This document shows, in pieces, positions 62,873 through 64,000 of a stretch of DNA of 64,000 nt. Origin of the DNA: an uncultured Eubacteriales bacterium. GTDB taxonomy: Bacteria > Actinomycetota > Coriobacteriia > Anaerosomatales > JAAXUF01. The DNA lies in the NCBI GenBank assembly GCA_964521195.1, contig CAZFRE010000001.1, positions 66,866 through 130,865 on the forward strand. The letters run 5' to 3'. Every line of letters starts with the position of its first letter. Within the stretch, counting starts at the first letter, position 1. The position numbers were made by a program, and so were the translations under genes. The notes beneath the pieces are model-generated. The model searched no databases, was not told the DNA's origin, and was given only the letters and a program-made list of their open reading frames with translations.

Positions 62873-64000
62873 ATGATGCGTGACTGCGCCGAGGACCAGC
62901 TCCTCGAAGACCGCCCCGACCGGCCGGAAGAAGCCTGCGGGGTCTTCGCGGTATACGCTCCGGGGGAAGACGTCGCCCGCCTCACGTACTTCGGTCTCCA
63001 CGCGTTGCAGCACCGCGGCCAGGAGTCGGCGGGTATCGCGGTGGGCGACAACGAGACCGTCACCGTCACCAAGAACCTCGGCCTCGTCTCGAAGGTCTTC
63101 AAGGAAAGCGACCTCGACTCGCTTCCGGGCGATGTCGCCATCGGCCACACCCGCTACTCGACCACCGGCTCGTCCACGAGCTGGGAGAACGCGCAGCCGC
63201 ACCTCTCGGCGATCGGGCACCAGGTCATCGCGCTCGCGCACAACGGCAACCTCGTGAACACGAGCGAGCTGCGCGACGCGCTCAAGGTGCAGGGCATCCG
63301 CTTCCGCTCGACCACCGACTCCGAGGTCATGACCACGCTCGTGGGCTACTTCACGCAGAAGTCGAACCACATCCGCGAAGGCATCCGCGAGACGATGAGG
63401 CTCATCAACGGCGCCTTCGCCGTGGTCCTCACCACCGAGAATGCCGTGTACGCCTTCCGCGACCCGCACGGCGTGCGCCCGCTCGTCCTCGGCAAGCTCG
63501 ACAGCCGCGGCTGGGTCGTCGCATCCGAGACGTGCGCGCTCGACATCGTGGGCGCCGAGTTCGTCCGCGAGGTCGGCCCCGGTGAGATGCTCAAGATCAG
63601 CGCCGACGGCGTCGAGGCCGAGCAGGCCGTCCCCGCCGAGAAGCCCTCGCTGTGCATGTTCGAGTACGTCTACTTCGCCCGGCCCGACTCCGAGATGGGC
63701 GATTGCTCGCTCTACGAGGCGCGTCGCAACATGGGCGCGGCGCTCGCGCTCGAGGCGCCCGTCGACGCCGACATGGTCATGGGCGTCCCTGACTCCGGCG
63801 TGCCGGCGGCCGTCGGCTACGCAGCTTCGAGCGGCATCCCGTTCGGCGAGGGGCTCGCGAAGAACCGCTACGTGGGCCGCACCTTCATCTCGCCGAGCCA
63901 GACGATCCGCCAGCAGGGCATCAAGCTCAAGCTCAACCCGCTCAAGCACGCGATCCGCGGCAAGCGGCTCATCGTCGTCGACGACTCGATCGTGCGCGGC
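62873..64000 (+). CDS. purF: Amidophosphoribosyltransferase PurF (3' end beyond window)
   Basis: ATG at 62873. After a propeptide-like leader, the N-terminal nucleophile context is EEACGVFAV, followed by HRGQESAGIA and RYVGRTFI. The frame stays open to the window edge. Confidence 0.85.
   Translation, partial: MMRDCAEDQLLEDRPDRPEEACGVFAVYAPGEDVARLTYFGLHALQHRGQESAGIAVGDNETVTVTKNLGLVSKVFKESDLDSLPGDVAIGHTRYSTTGSSTSWENAQPHLSAIGHQVIALAHNGNLVNTSELRDALKVQGIRFRSTTDSEVMTTLVGYFTQKSNHIREGIRETMRLINGAFAVVLTTENAVYAFRDPHGVRPLVLGKLDSRGWVVASETCALDIVGAEFVREVGPGEMLKISADGVEAEQAVPAEKPSLCMFEYVYFARPDSEMGDCSLYEARRNMGAALALEAPVDADMVMGVPDSGVPAAVGYAASSGIPFGEGLAKNRYVGRTFISPSQTIRQQGIKLKLNPLKHAIRGKRLIVVDDSIVRG

Noticed and set aside
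1-64000. Search for mobile elements, integrases, toxin-antitoxin or known defence-system genes, tRNA/rRNA genes and CRISPR arrays.
   Set aside because: No transposase, integrase or nuclease signatures, no terminal inverted repeats, no cloverleaf-like tRNA sequences and no repeat-spacer arrays were seen. This absence is judged by eye only.

Overview
GC-rich bacterial chromosomal window. The gene content looks like a high-GC Gram-positive anaerobe (Actinomycetota/Coriobacteriia-like), but that is inference only. All calls come from reading the sequence and the ORF track by eye; no searches or folding programs were run.

Left third (1-13.4 kb): a tungstate/molybdate and pterin-cofactor regulon.
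- Two tupBC-like ABC pairs and a TupA-like binding protein.
- mobA-fdhD fusion, moeA, a small Cys protein, mobB, moaA, moaC, a MOSC protein, moaB and a class-V cysteine desulfurase.
- Two of the window's three copies of the Moco/Tuco riboswitch motif.

Middle (13.4-25.5 kb): the most unusual locus.
- A TPR protein and a two-TM NHL beta-propeller protein come first.
- A third Moco-type riboswitch with an intrinsic terminator follows.
- The operon behind it encodes (i) a Tat-exported FdnG-like formate dehydrogenase catalytic subunit of about 1422 codons, with an in-frame UGA (selenocysteine), a SECIS-like hairpin and three inserted ~72-aa repeat modules; (ii) a TM-anchored four-cluster FeS subunit; and (iii) a 422-aa hexaheme c-type cytochrome.
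- The heme-motif contexts of that cytochrome resemble the Geobacter nanowire cytochrome OmcS.
- A polytopic membrane protein and a lipoprotein follow.

Right part:
- Housekeeping and accessory genes: a cysteine synthase family gene, beta-carbonic anhydrase, a DUF853 ATPase, a methyltransferase and a frameshifted GT2.
- An hgcAB mercury-methylation pair.
- mscL, a two-component system, and a split purine operon (purC, purS, purQ ... purL ... purF).
- A K+ homeostasis block sits inside that purine operon: kdpFABC, a kinase-less KdpD N-domain protein, a P-type ATPase and two trkA-like genes.

No rRNA, tRNA, CRISPR array or transposase/integrase was recognised. Many long antisense ORFs in the track are GC-content artefacts.
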